In this document: positions 19,825 through 30,884 of the stretch, in pieces
How positions within the stretch are numbered: position 1 is the stretch's first letter
Layout of the letters: every line of letters starts with the position of its first letter
NCBI GenBank assembly: GCA_045106555.1
Contig: JBGCET010000010.1
Coordinates: 21,773-85,772 of the forward strand
DNA from: Lysobacterales bacterium
GTDB lineage: Bacteria; Pseudomonadota; Gammaproteobacteria; Xanthomonadales; SZUA-38
DNA: 64,000 bases
Reading direction: 5' to 3'
Notes under the pieces: model-generated
The model's input: only the letters and a program-made list of their open reading frames with translations
Databases searched by the model: none
What the model was told of the DNA's origin: nothing
Translations under genes and position numbers: made by a program

Positions 19825-20564
19825 CAGCGATCACTGACCAAACTGACAGAGGGTTCGTCGGCCCAGCGAGCAGCCAGCCCGTTTGGATAACGTAGATCAA
19901 CGCTCAACAGATTGCGTGGGTCGGTTTCAGGCAAACGCTGCAGCGCCACCACCAAGCGACTCATGCGAGCTTCGATATCACTGCTACCGAACTGCACCTC
20001 AAGGCCACTGGTAAGCAGCGCGTTCCAGGCACCGCGATCACTTAGGTGCAGCGCCACAACATCTTCGCCAGTACCACTGATGGACTGACGCAGGGCGGCC
20101 AGAAATCGCACCACCTGAAGCGCCGAGGAGTCTGGCCCGCGGAGCCTCACCATCCCGCCAATATTGGTGACGCCATCCACCTTAAAAACCTCACCCTCCA
20201 AGCTAACCAGCCGATCATCGCCCCAGTGGGCCAGCGGCTCGTGCTCCAACACCCGAATACTGATGGTGTCGGGCCACCGTTTACGAACCCCAGCACTGCG
20301 AATCCAAGGCATGTCTTCGATGCTGGTCCGTACCCGCTCGAGGTCCACCGCAAAAAAACCGCCCTCCACCAGCGCGGCAGCAGCGCTGCGGATTTGCTCA
20401 GCGCTGACTCGCTCAAAAGGACCGGACGCCTCAACCCAGCGAATGGGCAAATGCTGAGATGCCAGCATGCTGCGGGCACCCAACGCGGCGAGCCCTGCGA
20501 CAACGCAAAAGACCAGCACCAGGCCAAGCCCCATCATGTCTGACTTTTTGAACCGGGTATTCAT
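19824..20564 (-). CDS. ftsQ: cell division protein FtsQ
   Basis: 246 aa with a single N-terminal TM followed by a POTRA-like region (IRWVEASGPFERVS). Stop and start codons overlap with both ddl and ftsA. Confidence 0.9.
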   Translation of the reverse strand: MNTRFKKSDMMGLGLVLVFCVVAGLAALGARSMLASQHLPIRWVEASGPFERVSAEQIRSAAAALVEGGFFAVDLERVRTSIEDMPWIRSAGVRKRWPDTISIRVLEHEPLAHWGDDRLVSLEGEVFKVDGVTNIGGMVRLRGPDSSALQVVRFLAALRQSISGTGEDVVALHLSDRGAWNALLTSGLEVQFGSSDIEARMSRLVVALQRLPETDPRNLLSVDLRYPNGLAARWADEPSVSLVSDR

Positions 20565-21496
20565 TGAGGCACCTCATCGAAACTGGTTTCCAGAATTTGC
20601 CAGACCAGTTGATCAAAATTGATCCCGGCGACGGCGGCGGCCTTGGGCAGCAGACTGTGGCTCGTCATACCCGGCGTGGTGTTAGCTTCCAGCAGGCGAT
20701 GGGTGCCATCGGTATCCCGCATGAAATCCACTCGCCCCCAGCCACCGCCACCGACAACGGCAAAGGCCCGGCGCGCGGTTTCTCTCAAGGTCAGCTCATC
20801 GGCCTCGCTCAAGCTGCAGGGACACACGTACTCAGTGTCTTCTGATTGGTATTTGGCTTGGTAGTCGTAAAAACGTCCGGCGGGGACAATTTCAATGGCC
20901 GGCAGCGGCTCGCCCTTGAGCAGGCCAACCGTGAGTTCAGGCCCATCGATGAAGGACTCAAGCATTACCCGGCGATCGTGCCTTCTGGCATCAGTCACCG
21001 CGCCATCCAGTTGGGCTTCGTCGACCGCGACGCTGACCCCAACACTGGACCCCTCGGAAACAGGCTTCACTACAACGGGATAGCCCAACGCCTCAGCACA
21101 AGACCGTGGATCCTCCGAAGGATCAAGCTCCTCGCCCCGGATCACCTGCAGGCCGCTGTGGGCCCACAGCGCTTTGCTGCGAACCTTATCCATCGTAATG
21201 GCACATCCGGTCAGCGCGCTGCCTGTCACGGGTGTTCCAACGCACGCCAGAGCACCCTGCAGCGCTCCGTCTTCACCGCCACGCCCATGCAAAAGGTTAA
21301 ACACACGATCCACCTTCCCTTCGCTGATCAAGCTAAGCAGTCCGGCAATGCCATCCACCGCAAAGGCGTTCACTTCTCGACGCAACAGCGCTTCCAATAC
21401 ATCGCGCCCCCCATCCAGTGAAACCTCGCGCTCCGATCCCGCACCGCCCATCACCACCGCAACACGACCAAAGTCTGTGGCATTGTCAATGCGCAT
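20561..21496 (-). CDS. ddlB: D-alanine--D-alanine ligase
   Basis: ATP-grasp protein: GRVAVVMGGAGSEREVSL, HGRGGEDG, VVKPVSEGSSVG, EANTTPGMT. The internal ATG at 21496 is preferred and overlaps the murC stop by 11 nt. Confidence 0.95.
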   Translation of the reverse strand: MRIDNATDFGRVAVVMGGAGSEREVSLDGGRDVLEALLRREVNAFAVDGIAGLLSLISEGKVDRVFNLLHGRGGEDGALQGALACVGTPVTGSALTGCAITMDKVRSKALWAHSGLQVIRGEELDPSEDPRSCAEALGYPVVVKPVSEGSSVGVSVAVDEAQLDGAVTDARRHDRRVMLESFIDGPELTVGLLKGEPLPAIEIVPAGRFYDYQAKYQSEDTEYVCPCSLSEADELTLRETARRAFAVVGGGGWGRVDFMRDTDGTHRLLEANTTPGMTSHSLLPKAAAVAGINFDQLVWQILETSFDEVPQ

Positions 21497-22925
21497 TGGT
21501 CGCCTCCGGAAAGCCATCGCGGTAGATATCTGCTGCCGCCGAACCGATGTCACCAGCTCCTAGCAGCAGAACAAGATCATCATCAGCAACCAATGAAGGC
21601 AAAATTTGGCGACAGTCGCTGGGGTGATCCACCAGCACCGGGTCCACCTTGCCCCGGGCTCGAATGGCTCGAGCCAGAGCACGGGAATCGGCCCCAGCGA
21701 TAGGAACCTCTCCGGCGGCGTAAACGTCAGCCAGAATGAGTAAATCCACCTGGGACAACACGCGGGCAAAGTCGTCCAGCAAATCTCGCGTGCGGGTATA
21801 TCGATGGGGTTGAAAAACGGCCACCAGACGACGTTCAGGCCAACCTGAACGGGCTGCCTCCAGGGTTGCGTCCAGCTCGGTGGGATGATGGCCGTAGTCA
21901 TCAACAAACAGAGCCTTGACCTGCCCTACGGCAATCTCGCCGTGTACATTAAAGCGCCGACCAATACCGGCGAATCCCGACAATGCCTGCTGCATCGCGC
22001 GGTCTTCAATGCCTAACTCCCAACCAATGGCCAACGCCGCCAACGCGTTACGTACATTGTGAACCCCGGGTAAATTTAGCTTCACTGGCATCAATTCATT
22101 GCGTCCAGGCAGCTGTACATCAAACGCCATAGTGGCCGCAGTTTGCTCAACATTGAGGGCGCGAATATCGGCCTGTTCGCTAAGCCCGTAGGTCACCACC
22201 GTGCGGGAAATACGGGCGGCCAGTTCAGCCGTGCTGGGGTCGTCCACACACATCACTGCAAGACCGTAGAAAGGCAGATGGTGGAGAAATTCGTCGAAAG
22301 CGCGTTTTAACCTGGCGAAATCGTTGCGGTAAGTGGACAGGTGGTCATTGTCGATGTTGGTGACCACAGCCATCGTGGGCTGCAGCAACAGGAATGATCC
22401 ATCACTTTCGTCAGCTTCGGCCACAATAAACTGCCCGCTGCCCAGGCGCGCATTGGTACCCAGCGAGTTGAGCAAACCGCCAATGACAAACGTGGGATCC
22501 ATCTTGCCCTCAAATAGGATCGCCGCCACCAATGAGGTGGTGGTGGTCTTGCCGTGGGTTCCGGCGACCGCAATGCCGTCGCGAAAACGCATCAGCTCAC
22601 CAAGCATTTCAGCCCTGGGCACAATGGGTATTCGGCGGGCTTTGGCTGCTTTCACTTCGGGGTTATTGCGCCCGATGGCGCTGGAAATCACCACAACCTT
22701 GGCATCACCTAAATGATCTGCGTGATGACCGATATGGATTCGCGCACCCAGTTGTTCCAGTCGCTCTGTTACCGGTGAAGCATTTTGGTCTGACCCAGAA
22801 ATCTGATGACCCAGATTCAACATGACTTCCGCTATACCGCACATACCAGTGCCACCAATACCCACAAAGTGCACCTGCCGAAAGCGGCGCTTTGGATCAA
22901 CCCCGATACGGGTCAGCGAACTCAT
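21486..22925 (-). CDS. murC: UDP-N-acetylmuramate--L-alanine ligase
   Basis: VHFVGIGGTGMCGIAEV, AGTHGKTTTTS. The ATG at 22925 forms an ATGA overlap with the murG stop. Confidence 0.96.
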   Translation of the reverse strand: MSSLTRIGVDPKRRFRQVHFVGIGGTGMCGIAEVMLNLGHQISGSDQNASPVTERLEQLGARIHIGHHADHLGDAKVVVISSAIGRNNPEVKAAKARRIPIVPRAEMLGELMRFRDGIAVAGTHGKTTTTSLVAAILFEGKMDPTFVIGGLLNSLGTNARLGSGQFIVAEADESDGSFLLLQPTMAVVTNIDNDHLSTYRNDFARLKRAFDEFLHHLPFYGLAVMCVDDPSTAELAARISRTVVTYGLSEQADIRALNVEQTAATMAFDVQLPGRNELMPVKLNLPGVHNVRNALAALAIGWELGIEDRAMQQALSGFAGIGRRFNVHGEIAVGQVKALFVDDYGHHPTELDATLEAARSGWPERRLVAVFQPHRYTRTRDLLDDFARVLSQVDLLILADVYAAGEVPIAGADSRALARAIRARGKVDPVLVDHPSDCRQILPSLVADDDLVLLLGAGDIGSAAADIYRDGFPEATNAH

Positions 22926-24028
22926 TGAGCCACCTCCAGACAAGCGGCGGCTACAGTGGCGGCGGCATGGGGCCTGGCGGCGGAACGGGCTCTGATGGCC
23001 ATGTCTTTCAGTTCCTGGCGATCGCTCAGTAGCGTCGTTAGTTCAGCGGCGAGCGCTTCCGGCGTAAGCTGGGCCTCTTGGCAGACGCGAGCTGCACCGA
23101 GCTCAACCAAAAATTGAGCGTTGCTGGTTTGGTGATCATCCACCGCAAAAGGAAACGGCACCAGCACGGCACCCACACCGGCGGCAGCCAGCTCTGCCAC
23201 GGTTAAGGCGCCCGATCGGCACACAATTAAATCGGCCCACCCGTACGCGCCGGCCATGTCGGTCAGGAAGGGATCAACCTGAGCGTCTACACCGACGTTT
23301 GCGTACGCGCTGCGGGTTTGCTGCTCATTATTTTTGCCGCACTGATGAACAATCTTGATCGGCAACTCGGCGGGTAGCAGAGACAGCGCCTGTGGGAGCG
23401 TCTTGTTCAGCGAGGCGGCGCCCTGGCTTCCCCCCAACACCAGCAGCCGCAGAGCCCCAACACGCTGAGCCCAGCGCTCGGCGGGTTCAGGTAGTTCGGC
23501 TATCTCTCGGCGCACGGGGTTCCCGGCATCAATGCAAGCCCCCTCAAACGCGTCCGGAAATCCCGTCAACACCCGCCTGGCCAGCTTTGCCAGGACTCGA
23601 TTGGTGAACCCGGGCACACTATTTTGCTCATGCACCACCACCGGGCGACGCAATAACCAGGCAGCAATCCCACCGGGCCCGGCAGCAAATCCCCCCATAC
23701 TCAAGACGCATCGCGGCTGGTAACGCCGCAGCAATTTCTGGGCCTGATGGACAGCTCTGAACAAGACAAACGGCGCCGCCAGCAGAGTTTTCAGCCCGCG
23801 GCCTCTCAGCCCCGCTATGGTAATGTTTTCAATGGCGTAGCCATGCTGTGGAACCAGCGTGTTTTCCATCCCGTGGCTGGAACCCAGCCACAACACATCA
23901 ACGTTTCGCTGTCGAAGTTCGCCAGCCACTGCCAGACCGGGAAAAATATGCCCACCGGTGCCGCCGGCCATGATCATGACAGGCCGGCGAAGCTGGCTGT
24001 GCAGGGAATGTCTCACTGCGTCCGTCAT
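22922..24028 (-). CDS. murG: undecaprenyldiphospho-muramoylpentapeptide beta-N-acetylglucosaminyltransferase
   Basis: MIMAGGTGGHIFPGLAV G-loop. GT28 architecture of 368 aa. Confidence 0.96.
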   Translation of the reverse strand: MTDAVRHSLHSQLRRPVMIMAGGTGGHIFPGLAVAGELRQRNVDVLWLGSSHGMENTLVPQHGYAIENITIAGLRGRGLKTLLAAPFVLFRAVHQAQKLLRRYQPRCVLSMGGFAAGPGGIAAWLLRRPVVVHEQNSVPGFTNRVLAKLARRVLTGFPDAFEGACIDAGNPVRREIAELPEPAERWAQRVGALRLLVLGGSQGAASLNKTLPQALSLLPAELPIKIVHQCGKNNEQQTRSAYANVGVDAQVDPFLTDMAGAYGWADLIVCRSGALTVAELAAAGVGAVLVPFPFAVDDHQTSNAQFLVELGAARVCQEAQLTPEALAAELTTLLSDRQELKDMAIRARSAARPHAAATVAAACLEVAQ

Positions 24029-25248
24029 GCCCGTGCCCGCTTTGATCGCGCTGGTTCGGCCTTCGCGCGCTTCTTACGATCCGAGCCTTTCGCCTGGGGT
24101 AACTCTGCCTGGCGATGAACCTCGTGGGCGACTCTTAACAGCAGAGCGATGACCACGCAGGTCATCATCGCACTACTTCCGCCAGAACTGATCAACGGCA
24201 GGGTTAAGCCTTTGGTAGGCAACACCCCCAGGTTGACGCCAATATTCACAATGGCCTGCAGTCCCAGCAAAAAACTCAGGCCGTAGGCCAGGTAGCCAGC
24301 GAAGTACTGGCCTTGCTGCAGGGCCTGCATGGCGATCAACAGTCCTCGCCCCACAAGCAACCCAAACAACGTCATCATGCCGACCAACCCAAACAGGCCT
24401 AGTTCTTCGGCCAACACCGCAAGAATAAAATCGGTATGGGCTTCAGGCAGATAAAAAAGCTTTTGCACGCTGCCGCCAAGCCCAACACCCAACCACTCGC
24501 CGCGGCCGACGGCAATCAGCGCCTGGGTCAGTTGAAAGCCGTTGTTAAACGGATCGGCCCATGGGTCCATGAAGCTCTTCAGCCGACTGACTCGATACCC
24601 TTCGGAAAATGCCAGCCAGATGGCAGGAGGCAGTGTTAATAAAGCCAGCGCCGCAAGATCGCGCAGGCGCGCTCCGGCCTGCCAGATCACCGCGCCGGTC
24701 ATGCCCATCACCAACACTGCGCCGCCAAAATCTGGTTGCGCCAGGAGCAACGTGGCAATCAGGCAGGCTACTACCAGCGGCTTGAAGCTGCCGATAAAGC
24801 GGCTTCGAATTGCCTGGGCATGGCGCACGGCATACCCGGCCAGATATATCGCCAGGAGAATTTTGACCGCTTCAACAACCTGGAAATTCAACAGCCCCGT
24901 TCGGACCCAGCGGGTCGCACCGTTAACGGTGACGCCAAATCCCGGCACGAACACCAGCATCAGCAAGGGAAAAATCAGCAACATCAGCAGCGCGCTGGCT
25001 TTTTCCAGATTGCGCAGCGGTATCTTCAGACAGACCGCGCCCATCAGGCATCCCAGGGTCAGGGCCACTGAGTGTTTGAAGGCATAATAAAGCGGATGAA
25101 GCCCAGCGTTTTCGGCTATGGCCAGGGATGCTGAGGCAATCATCACCAACCCCAGCGCAGCAAGACTAATAGCCGACCAACAAAGCCAGCTGTCGACAAT
25201 CAGCGCCTGTGATTCGTCAGCCCGGACTTTTCGCTTAGCCTGGGCCAT
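24025..25248 (-). CDS. ftsW: peptidoglycan glycosyltransferase FtsW (SEDS family)
   Basis: Polytopic SEDS protein (PDFG, LPEAHTDFI, LPLISSGGSS). The ATG at 25248 (MAQAKRK) overlaps the mraY stop by 1 nt (TGATG). Confidence 0.93.
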   Translation of the reverse strand: MAQAKRKVRADESQALIVDSWLCWSAISLAALGLVMIASASLAIAENAGLHPLYYAFKHSVALTLGCLMGAVCLKIPLRNLEKASALLMLLIFPLLMLVFVPGFGVTVNGATRWVRTGLLNFQVVEAVKILLAIYLAGYAVRHAQAIRSRFIGSFKPLVVACLIATLLLAQPDFGGAVLVMGMTGAVIWQAGARLRDLAALALLTLPPAIWLAFSEGYRVSRLKSFMDPWADPFNNGFQLTQALIAVGRGEWLGVGLGGSVQKLFYLPEAHTDFILAVLAEELGLFGLVGMMTLFGLLVGRGLLIAMQALQQGQYFAGYLAYGLSFLLGLQAIVNIGVNLGVLPTKGLTLPLISSGGSSAMMTCVVIALLLRVAHEVHRQAELPQAKGSDRKKRAKAEPARSKRARA

Positions 25249-26330
25249 CAGCGCACCTTCAACGTAGCCAGGCCGATCAGCACCAAGATGACCGAGATAA
25301 TCCAGAAGCGCACAATCACCCGCGGCTCTGGCCACCCCTTCAATTCAAAGTGATGATGGATCGGGGCCATTCTGAAAATGCGTTTTCCCGTGAGCTTGAA
25401 CGAGGCCACCTGCAAAATGACGGACGCCGTCTCCATAACAAAGATACCGCCCATGATCATGAAGGCCAGCTCTTGTCGGATGATCACCGCGATCACCGCC
25501 AGCGCAGCACCCATAGCCAAGGCGCCGATGTCGCCCATGAAAACCTGCGCCGGATAGGTGTTGAACCAGAGAAACCCCAGGCCAGATCCAGCCAGTGCGC
25601 CGCAAAAAATGGACAGCTCACCGGAACCTGGAACGTAGGGAACCGCCAGATAATCAGAAAACACCGAGTGGCCGGAGACATACGCGAAAACGCCCAGCGC
25701 CGAGGCCACCAGCACCGTGGGCATGATGGCCAAGCCATCCAGTCCGTCGGTGAGGTTCACCGCATTGCTGAAGCCCACAATCATCAGGTAACTCATCAGA
25801 ACAAACGCGATACCCAGTGGAATTGCCACATCCTTGAAAAATGGCAGGATGAGCTCGGTGGCTGCGGGAATATCAGCGCTTTGGTAAAGATAAACTGCGG
25901 CGGCGAGGCCGCAGATGGACTGCAGCAGGTATTTCCAACGGGCCGCCAGTCCGGCGGAATCTTTCAGCACCAGTTTGCGGTAATCGTCCAGCCATCCGAT
26001 AGCCCCAAATGCGGCGGTAACCGCTATGGTTAACCATACGTATCGGTTACTCAGATCTGCCCACAGTAGGGTGGAAACGAGCACCGCCGTCAGAATCAAC
26101 GCGCCACCCATGGTTGGCGTTCCGGCTTTGGCCAGATGGGTAGCCGGGCCGTCTTCGCGGATAGGTTGACCAATTTGATAAAACGACAGGCGCCGGATCA
26201 TCCACGGCCCCACCAGCAACGACACCGCCAGCGCGGTGAGTGCACTCAAAATTGTGCGAAACGTCAGGTACTGAAACACGCTGAAGCCACTGTCCAGCGT
26301 TTCCAGGGTTTGGGTTAACCAAAGCAACAT
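25248..26330 (-). CDS. mraY: phospho-N-acetylmuramoyl-pentapeptide transferase
   Basis: 360 aa. MLLWL...[29 protein letters not shown]. Confidence 0.97.
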   Translation of the reverse strand: MLLWLTQTLETLDSGFSVFQYLTFRTILSALTALAVSLLVGPWMIRRLSFYQIGQPIREDGPATHLAKAGTPTMGGALILTAVLVSTLLWADLSNRYVWLTIAVTAAFGAIGWLDDYRKLVLKDSAGLAARWKYLLQSICGLAAAVYLYQSADIPAATELILPFFKDVAIPLGIAFVLMSYLMIVGFSNAVNLTDGLDGLAIMPTVLVASALGVFAYVSGHSVFSDYLAVPYVPGSGELSIFCGALAGSGLGFLWFNTYPAQVFMGDIGALAMGAALAVIAVIIRQELAFMIMGGIFVMETASVILQVASFKLTGKRIFRMAPIHHHFELKGWPEPRVIVRFWIISVILVLIGLATLKVR

Positions 26331-27700
26331 CAGGCAACCCCTCGCCGCTTAAGACCTTCGAGCACCCGTTCCATCTGCATGCCCCGAGAGCCTTTCAACA
26401 GACAGGTGAGATTGGAATCCATTGCCGTAGCGTCGGTCATGGCTGCGGCCAGCGCATCAATCAGAGAATCGACGGACAAAAAATGCTGACCCCGGTCGGC
26501 GTTAAAACCGGCCACTGCGTGAGCACTCAGCTCGCCCAAAGCAAATACCCGTTCAATTCCCAGCCGATGGGCTTCGCTGCCCACCTGGAAATGCAGCGCT
26601 GCAGCGTCGTCGCCCAACTCCCGCATGTCACCCATGATCAACCATCGCTCACCCGACTGAGCAGCAAGTACTTTGAGCCCGGCACTCATGGATGCCGGGT
26701 TGGCGTTGTATGCGTCTTGCAATAGCTGCCAGCCGCCGCGCATGGGGCGGACGTTGAGTCGACCGTCTACCGGCTCATAAGCCGCGAGGCCGACGGTGAT
26801 CTGCTCGTCGGAGATGCCCAGCACCGTAGCGGCTGCAACAGCTGCCGCCGCGTTGGCCACGTTATGCTCACCCCGACAATGCAGGGTCGCCGTCAGTTCG
26901 CCAACTGCGCGTCGAAAGGTGACTTCAATGCCGGCACTCGTGGGTCGCCCACTGGCCTGTACATCGGCGCCGGCATTGAGGCCAAAGCTCACAATGCGCC
27001 TGCCCTGTGCGCGCTGAACCCAGACGTCGAAATACGGATCATCAGCGTTCAAAACTGCGGTACCCTCCGGCGGCAGGCCATCCAGCATTTCGCCTTTGGT
27101 TTTCGCTACGCCATCCAGGCTTCCCATCCGCTCCAGGTGGGCCGGACCCGCATTGTTTATCAACGCCACATCGGGGCATGCCAACGCGGCCAGGTAGGCA
27201 ATGTCGCCAGGCTGGCCTGCGCCCATCTCGATCACGGCCACGTCATGATCTTTGGACAAACGACACAGGGTTAGCGGCACTCCCAGTTCGTTATTCAGGT
27301 TGCCTTCGGTCACCAGCGCTCGCTTTCCCTGGGTGACGATGGCGGCCAGCATGGTTTTGACACTGGTTTTTCCATTGCTGCCGGTGATTCCGACAACTGG
27401 CAGGTCAAACTGGCGCCGCCAATGGGCCGCCAGTCGAGCAAACGCTGCTGCAGCGTTGTCACACTTCAGCTGAGTAATATCACTGTCAATAAATCGCTCA
27501 ACGAGGGCTGCACTGGCACCACGGTTGTGTGCCGCCTGGACGTAATCGTGGCCGTCCACCCTGTCACCGGGCAAGGCAACGAAAAGCGCCTCTGGCGGAA
27601 GCGTTCGGGTATCAATTCCCACTCCGTGAAAGCGGGTTTGACGACCGCGAACCTCAGCCCCGATAGCGCCGCTGACGTCCTGAGTGCTGGCGTCAATCAT
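26330..27700 (-). CDS. murF: UDP-N-acetylmuramoyl-tripeptide--D-alanyl-D-alanine ligase
   Basis: Mur ligase [17 protein letters not shown]-terminal domain typical of MurF. Positioned between murE and mraY. Confidence 0.95.
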   Translation of the reverse strand: MIDASTQDVSGAIGAEVRGRQTRFHGVGIDTRTLPPEALFVALPGDRVDGHDYVQAAHNRGASAALVERFIDSDITQLKCDNAAAAFARLAAHWRRQFDLPVVGITGSNGKTSVKTMLAAIVTQGKRALVTEGNLNNELGVPLTLCRLSKDHDVAVIEMGAGQPGDIAYLAALACPDVALINNAGPAHLERMGSLDGVAKTKGEMLDGLPPEGTAVLNADDPYFDVWVQRAQGRRIVSFGLNAGADVQASGRPTSAGIEVTFRRAVGELTATLHCRGEHNVANAAAAVAAATVLGISDEQITVGLAAYEPVDGRLNVRPMRGGWQLLQDAYNANPASMSAGLKVLAAQSGERWLIMGDMRELGDDAAALHFQVGSEAHRLGIERVFALGELSAHAVAGFNADRGQHFLSVDSLIDALAAAMTDATAMDSNLTCLLKGSRGMQMERVLEGLKRRGVA

Positions 27701-29160
27701 GCGCAGGCCCTAAACAGCTCGGTGACAACCAGAACGTCGTCGAAAGGCAGCTTCTGATTACCAATCTCCTGCCACTGCTCGTGACCCTTACCCGCAACCA
27801 GCACTGCGTCACTGACCCCTGCCCGACTAACGGCATCAGCAATGGCCGCCCGACGGTCGGCGATGGCCACGACATTAGTCGCCGATTCATTGCCCGCCAG
27901 GATGTCGGAAATGATCTGCTCAGGCGGTTCATCACGAGGATTGTCGCTGGTGACGATCACCTGGTCGGCGTAAGTTGCTGCAACGGCGGCCATCATTGGC
28001 CGCTTACCGCGATCTCGATTGCCGCCACAACCAAAAATGCAGTAGAGCTCTCCTGCACAGTGCTCACGCATTGCCGTTAACGCCTTTTCCAGCGCGTCCG
28101 GCGTGTGGGCGTAATCCACGACCACCAGAGGCTGGCCCTTTTGGGAGACTCGCTGCATGCGGCCGGCCGGCGGCTTCAAGCCAGCCAACAAATTGGCCAC
28201 CACCGACAGATTGTTTGCGCAATCCAATGCCAGCATGACACCGGCCACCGCCAGTAGATTTGACACATTGAATGCGCCGATCAGCTCGCTACGAACCGTC
28301 GCTTTATCTAAGCCCAACTGCAGCTGAAACTGACAGCCCTGGGCCTGGAAATTCACGCTGTTTGCCTGCAGGTCCCCATGACTGAGACCAAAACTGATTT
28401 GACGGCTGGATTCCATCACGCACTGCCTCAGATTGACAAACGTCTCATCGTCAGCGTTCAAAATAACCGCGGCAGGGCGAAAATCAGTCAGCAATCTGGC
28501 CTTGGCGGCGATGTAGTGCTGCATGCTACCGTGATAATCCAGATGATCGCGGCTGATATTGGTCACCACCGCCACGGCAAAATCCACCGCGGCTACACGC
28601 CCCTGGTCTAGCGCGTGGGAAGACACCTCCATCGCCACGTGAGTGCATCCGGCGTCACGCAGACGGGCCAACTCACGCTGCACCGTGATGGCGTCCGGCG
28701 TGGTCAACCCCAAAGGCGTGCGCCTATGGTTCAGCACACCACTGCCAAGAGTGCCGATGGTTCCAGCGCGGTGTCCGCTGGCGGCCAACGCCTGAGCGAC
28801 AAACTCAACACAAGACGACTTGCCGTTAGTTCCGGTAACACCAACAACAGTGAGCGCTGCTGATGGGCGATCATAAAAATGGCCAGCCAATGCACTGAGC
28901 TTTCTGCCCAGCTGCGCGACACCCATCGCCGGCACCGCAAGATCAGGGCAATCAACCCCTTCAGCAGTTTCCCAAAGTACGGCAACACAGCCTCGCGCAA
29001 TGGCTTCAGCGGTAAATGCCAGCCCGTGCTTATTGGCACCGCAAAGCGCCACAAACACATCGCCGGATTTGACCTGGCGAGAGTCTAGGGTCATGCCGCT
29101 GACCGCTATTTTCGGCGCGCCATCAACAAGATCACTTAACTGCACGGTGCGCACGTTCAT
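27697..29160 (-). CDS. murE: UDP-N-acetylmuramoyl-L-alanyl-D-glutamate--2,6-diaminopimelate ligase
   Basis: GVTGTNGKSS, and the DNPR motif (TSDNPRDE) characteristic of mDAP-adding MurE. Confidence 0.95.
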   Translation of the reverse strand: MNVRTVQLSDLVDGAPKIAVSGMTLDSRQVKSGDVFVALCGANKHGLAFTAEAIARGCVAVLWETAEGVDCPDLAVPAMGVAQLGRKLSALAGHFYDRPSAALTVVGVTGTNGKSSCVEFVAQALAASGHRAGTIGTLGSGVLNHRRTPLGLTTPDAITVQRELARLRDAGCTHVAMEVSSHALDQGRVAAVDFAVAVVTNISRDHLDYHGSMQHYIAAKARLLTDFRPAAVILNADDETFVNLRQCVMESSRQISFGLSHGDLQANSVNFQAQGCQFQLQLGLDKATVRSELIGAFNVSNLLAVAGVMLALDCANNLSVVANLLAGLKPPAGRMQRVSQKGQPLVVVDYAHTPDALEKALTAMREHCAGELYCIFGCGGNRDRGKRPMMAAVAATYADQVIVTSDNPRDEPPEQIISDILAGNESATNVVAIADRRAAIADAVSRAGVSDAVLVAGKGHEQWQEIGNQKLPFDDVLVVTELFRACA

Positions 29161-30884
29161 GGCGACCCCGCAGCCAGCTGGGCTGCATCTTTGGTGGCGT
29201 CCAGCGGAGCGTGGGGTAGCAAATCATCCGGCGGAACATCCAACAACCTCAAAGCCCCTTCCATGACGGTGCGGAAGGTGGGCGCGGCAATCTGCCCACC
29301 ATAATATTGCTCACTGGACGGATCATTCACCGACACCACTACCACCACCCGGGGGCTGCTGGCCGGCGCAAACCCGGCAAAGGTAGCCACGTACCGATCG
29401 TTGTAGCCCTGGGCAGAAGCTTTTCTTGAGGTACCGGTTTTCCCCGCCACGCGGTAATGGGGCACCGCCGCGCGCGTGCCGGTGCCGCCGCCGGTGGTGA
29501 CCGTTTCCATCATCGCTTTGAGCTGAGCAGCAATGGTGGGGTCAACCACCGCCCGATCAGGATTCACCGAGCCTTTGATAAAACTGGGCGCGCGAATCCG
29601 ACCGTTGTTGGCAATTGCCGCGTAAGCCTGGGCAATTTGCAGCGGGGTAGTGGACAGCCCGTAGCCGTAGGATACCGCCGCCTTTTCCACGTCTCGCCAG
29701 CGGGTGTGCTCTGGCAACATGCCTGGCGATTCGCCGGGGAAGCCTGAACCGGTAATTTCACCGAACCCGAAGCGGTGGTAAACATCCCACAGGTGCCGTG
29801 CATCCAAGGTCAGCGCGAGCCTGCTGATACCAACGTTACTGGACTTCGTAATAATGCCGGTGAGGTCAAGCGTACCGTAGTTGACCGCATCCCTGACCGT
29901 ATAGGCCCCCAACTGCTGGTAGCCTGGCGCAGTTTCCACCGCTGTTCCTGGCGCATATTGACCGCTCTCCAGCGCAGCGGCGATAGAAAACGGCTTGATC
30001 ACCGAACCGGGCTCAAAGAAATCAGTAATCGCTCGGTTTCGCATCCGCTCATAACGACCTGAGCGTTGATTAGGGTTGTACGATGGCTGATTGACCATCG
30101 CCAGAACTTCCCCCGACGACACCTCCAGCACGACGGCTGAACCGGAGCGGGCGCCGAACTCCAGCACCGCCGATTTCAGCGATCGATAGGCCAGGTACTG
30201 TAATCGTCGATCAATGGAGGTGGTAAGGGTTCTGCCCGGCGTGGCAGCGTTGACCAACTCAACATTTTCGATCGTCTGACCCAAACGATTTTTGATGACA
30301 CGTTTCGCCCCGGGCGAACCGCGCAGCCATTCATCAAAACTCAGCTCCAAACCTTCCTGGCCCTGATCGTCAACATCAGTGAACCCCAGCACGTGGGCAG
30401 CCACTTCTCCCGCTGGATAAAAGCGCTGATATTCCCGCTCCATTTGGACACCCGGCAGGTCAAGCGCCGCTACCGCATCGGCCAACGCCGGCGTGACCCG
30501 CCGTTTGACATACACAAAGGATTTTTCGCTGCGTTGACTCAAGCGACGAGTCAGCTCGTCCTCGTCAATTTTCAGCACCGCCGCGAGGCGCCCTACGCCG
30601 TCCGGCTCGGCCAATAGCTCACGGGGCTTGGTCCAGATGGATTGGACCGGCGTCGAAATAGCCAGAGCCTCACCATTGCGGTCCAAAATCATGCCTCGAC
30701 TGGCCGCAATTTCCACCTGACGCACATGCCTCGCGTCGCCTTCATTTTGGTAGAAGTCCTGGCGCAGTACCTGCAGATCAATGGCCCGCGCCAGCAGGGC
30801 CACGGCACACAACCCCAGGGTCAACAGCAGAGCGTAAAAACGCCCGGGCAACACATCAATATGTTCGCCGCCGCGCCGGTTCAT
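29157..30884 (-). CDS. ftsI: peptidoglycan D,D-transpeptidase FtsI (PBP3)
   Basis: 575 aa. N-terminal TM, transpeptidase motifs SVIKP (SxxK), SSN and KTGT. Confidence 0.95.
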   Translation of the reverse strand: MNRRGGEHIDVLPGRFYALLLTLGLCAVALLARAIDLQVLRQDFYQNEGDARHVRQVEIAASRGMILDRNGEALAISTPVQSIWTKPRELLAEPDGVGRLAAVLKIDEDELTRRLSQRSEKSFVYVKRRVTPALADAVAALDLPGVQMEREYQRFYPAGEVAAHVLGFTDVDDQGQEGLELSFDEWLRGSPGAKRVIKNRLGQTIENVELVNAATPGRTLTTSIDRRLQYLAYRSLKSAVLEFGARSGSAVVLEVSSGEVLAMVNQPSYNPNQRSGRYERMRNRAITDFFEPGSVIKPFSIAAALESGQYAPGTAVETAPGYQQLGAYTVRDAVNYGTLDLTGIITKSSNVGISRLALTLDARHLWDVYHRFGFGEITGSGFPGESPGMLPEHTRWRDVEKAAVSYGYGLSTTPLQIAQAYAAIANNGRIRAPSFIKGSVNPDRAVVDPTIAAQLKAMMETVTTGGGTGTRAAVPHYRVAGKTGTSRKASAQGYNDRYVATFAGFAPASSPRVVVVVSVNDPSSEQYYGGQIAAPTFRTVMEGALRLLDVPPDDLLPHAPLDATKDAAQLAAGSP

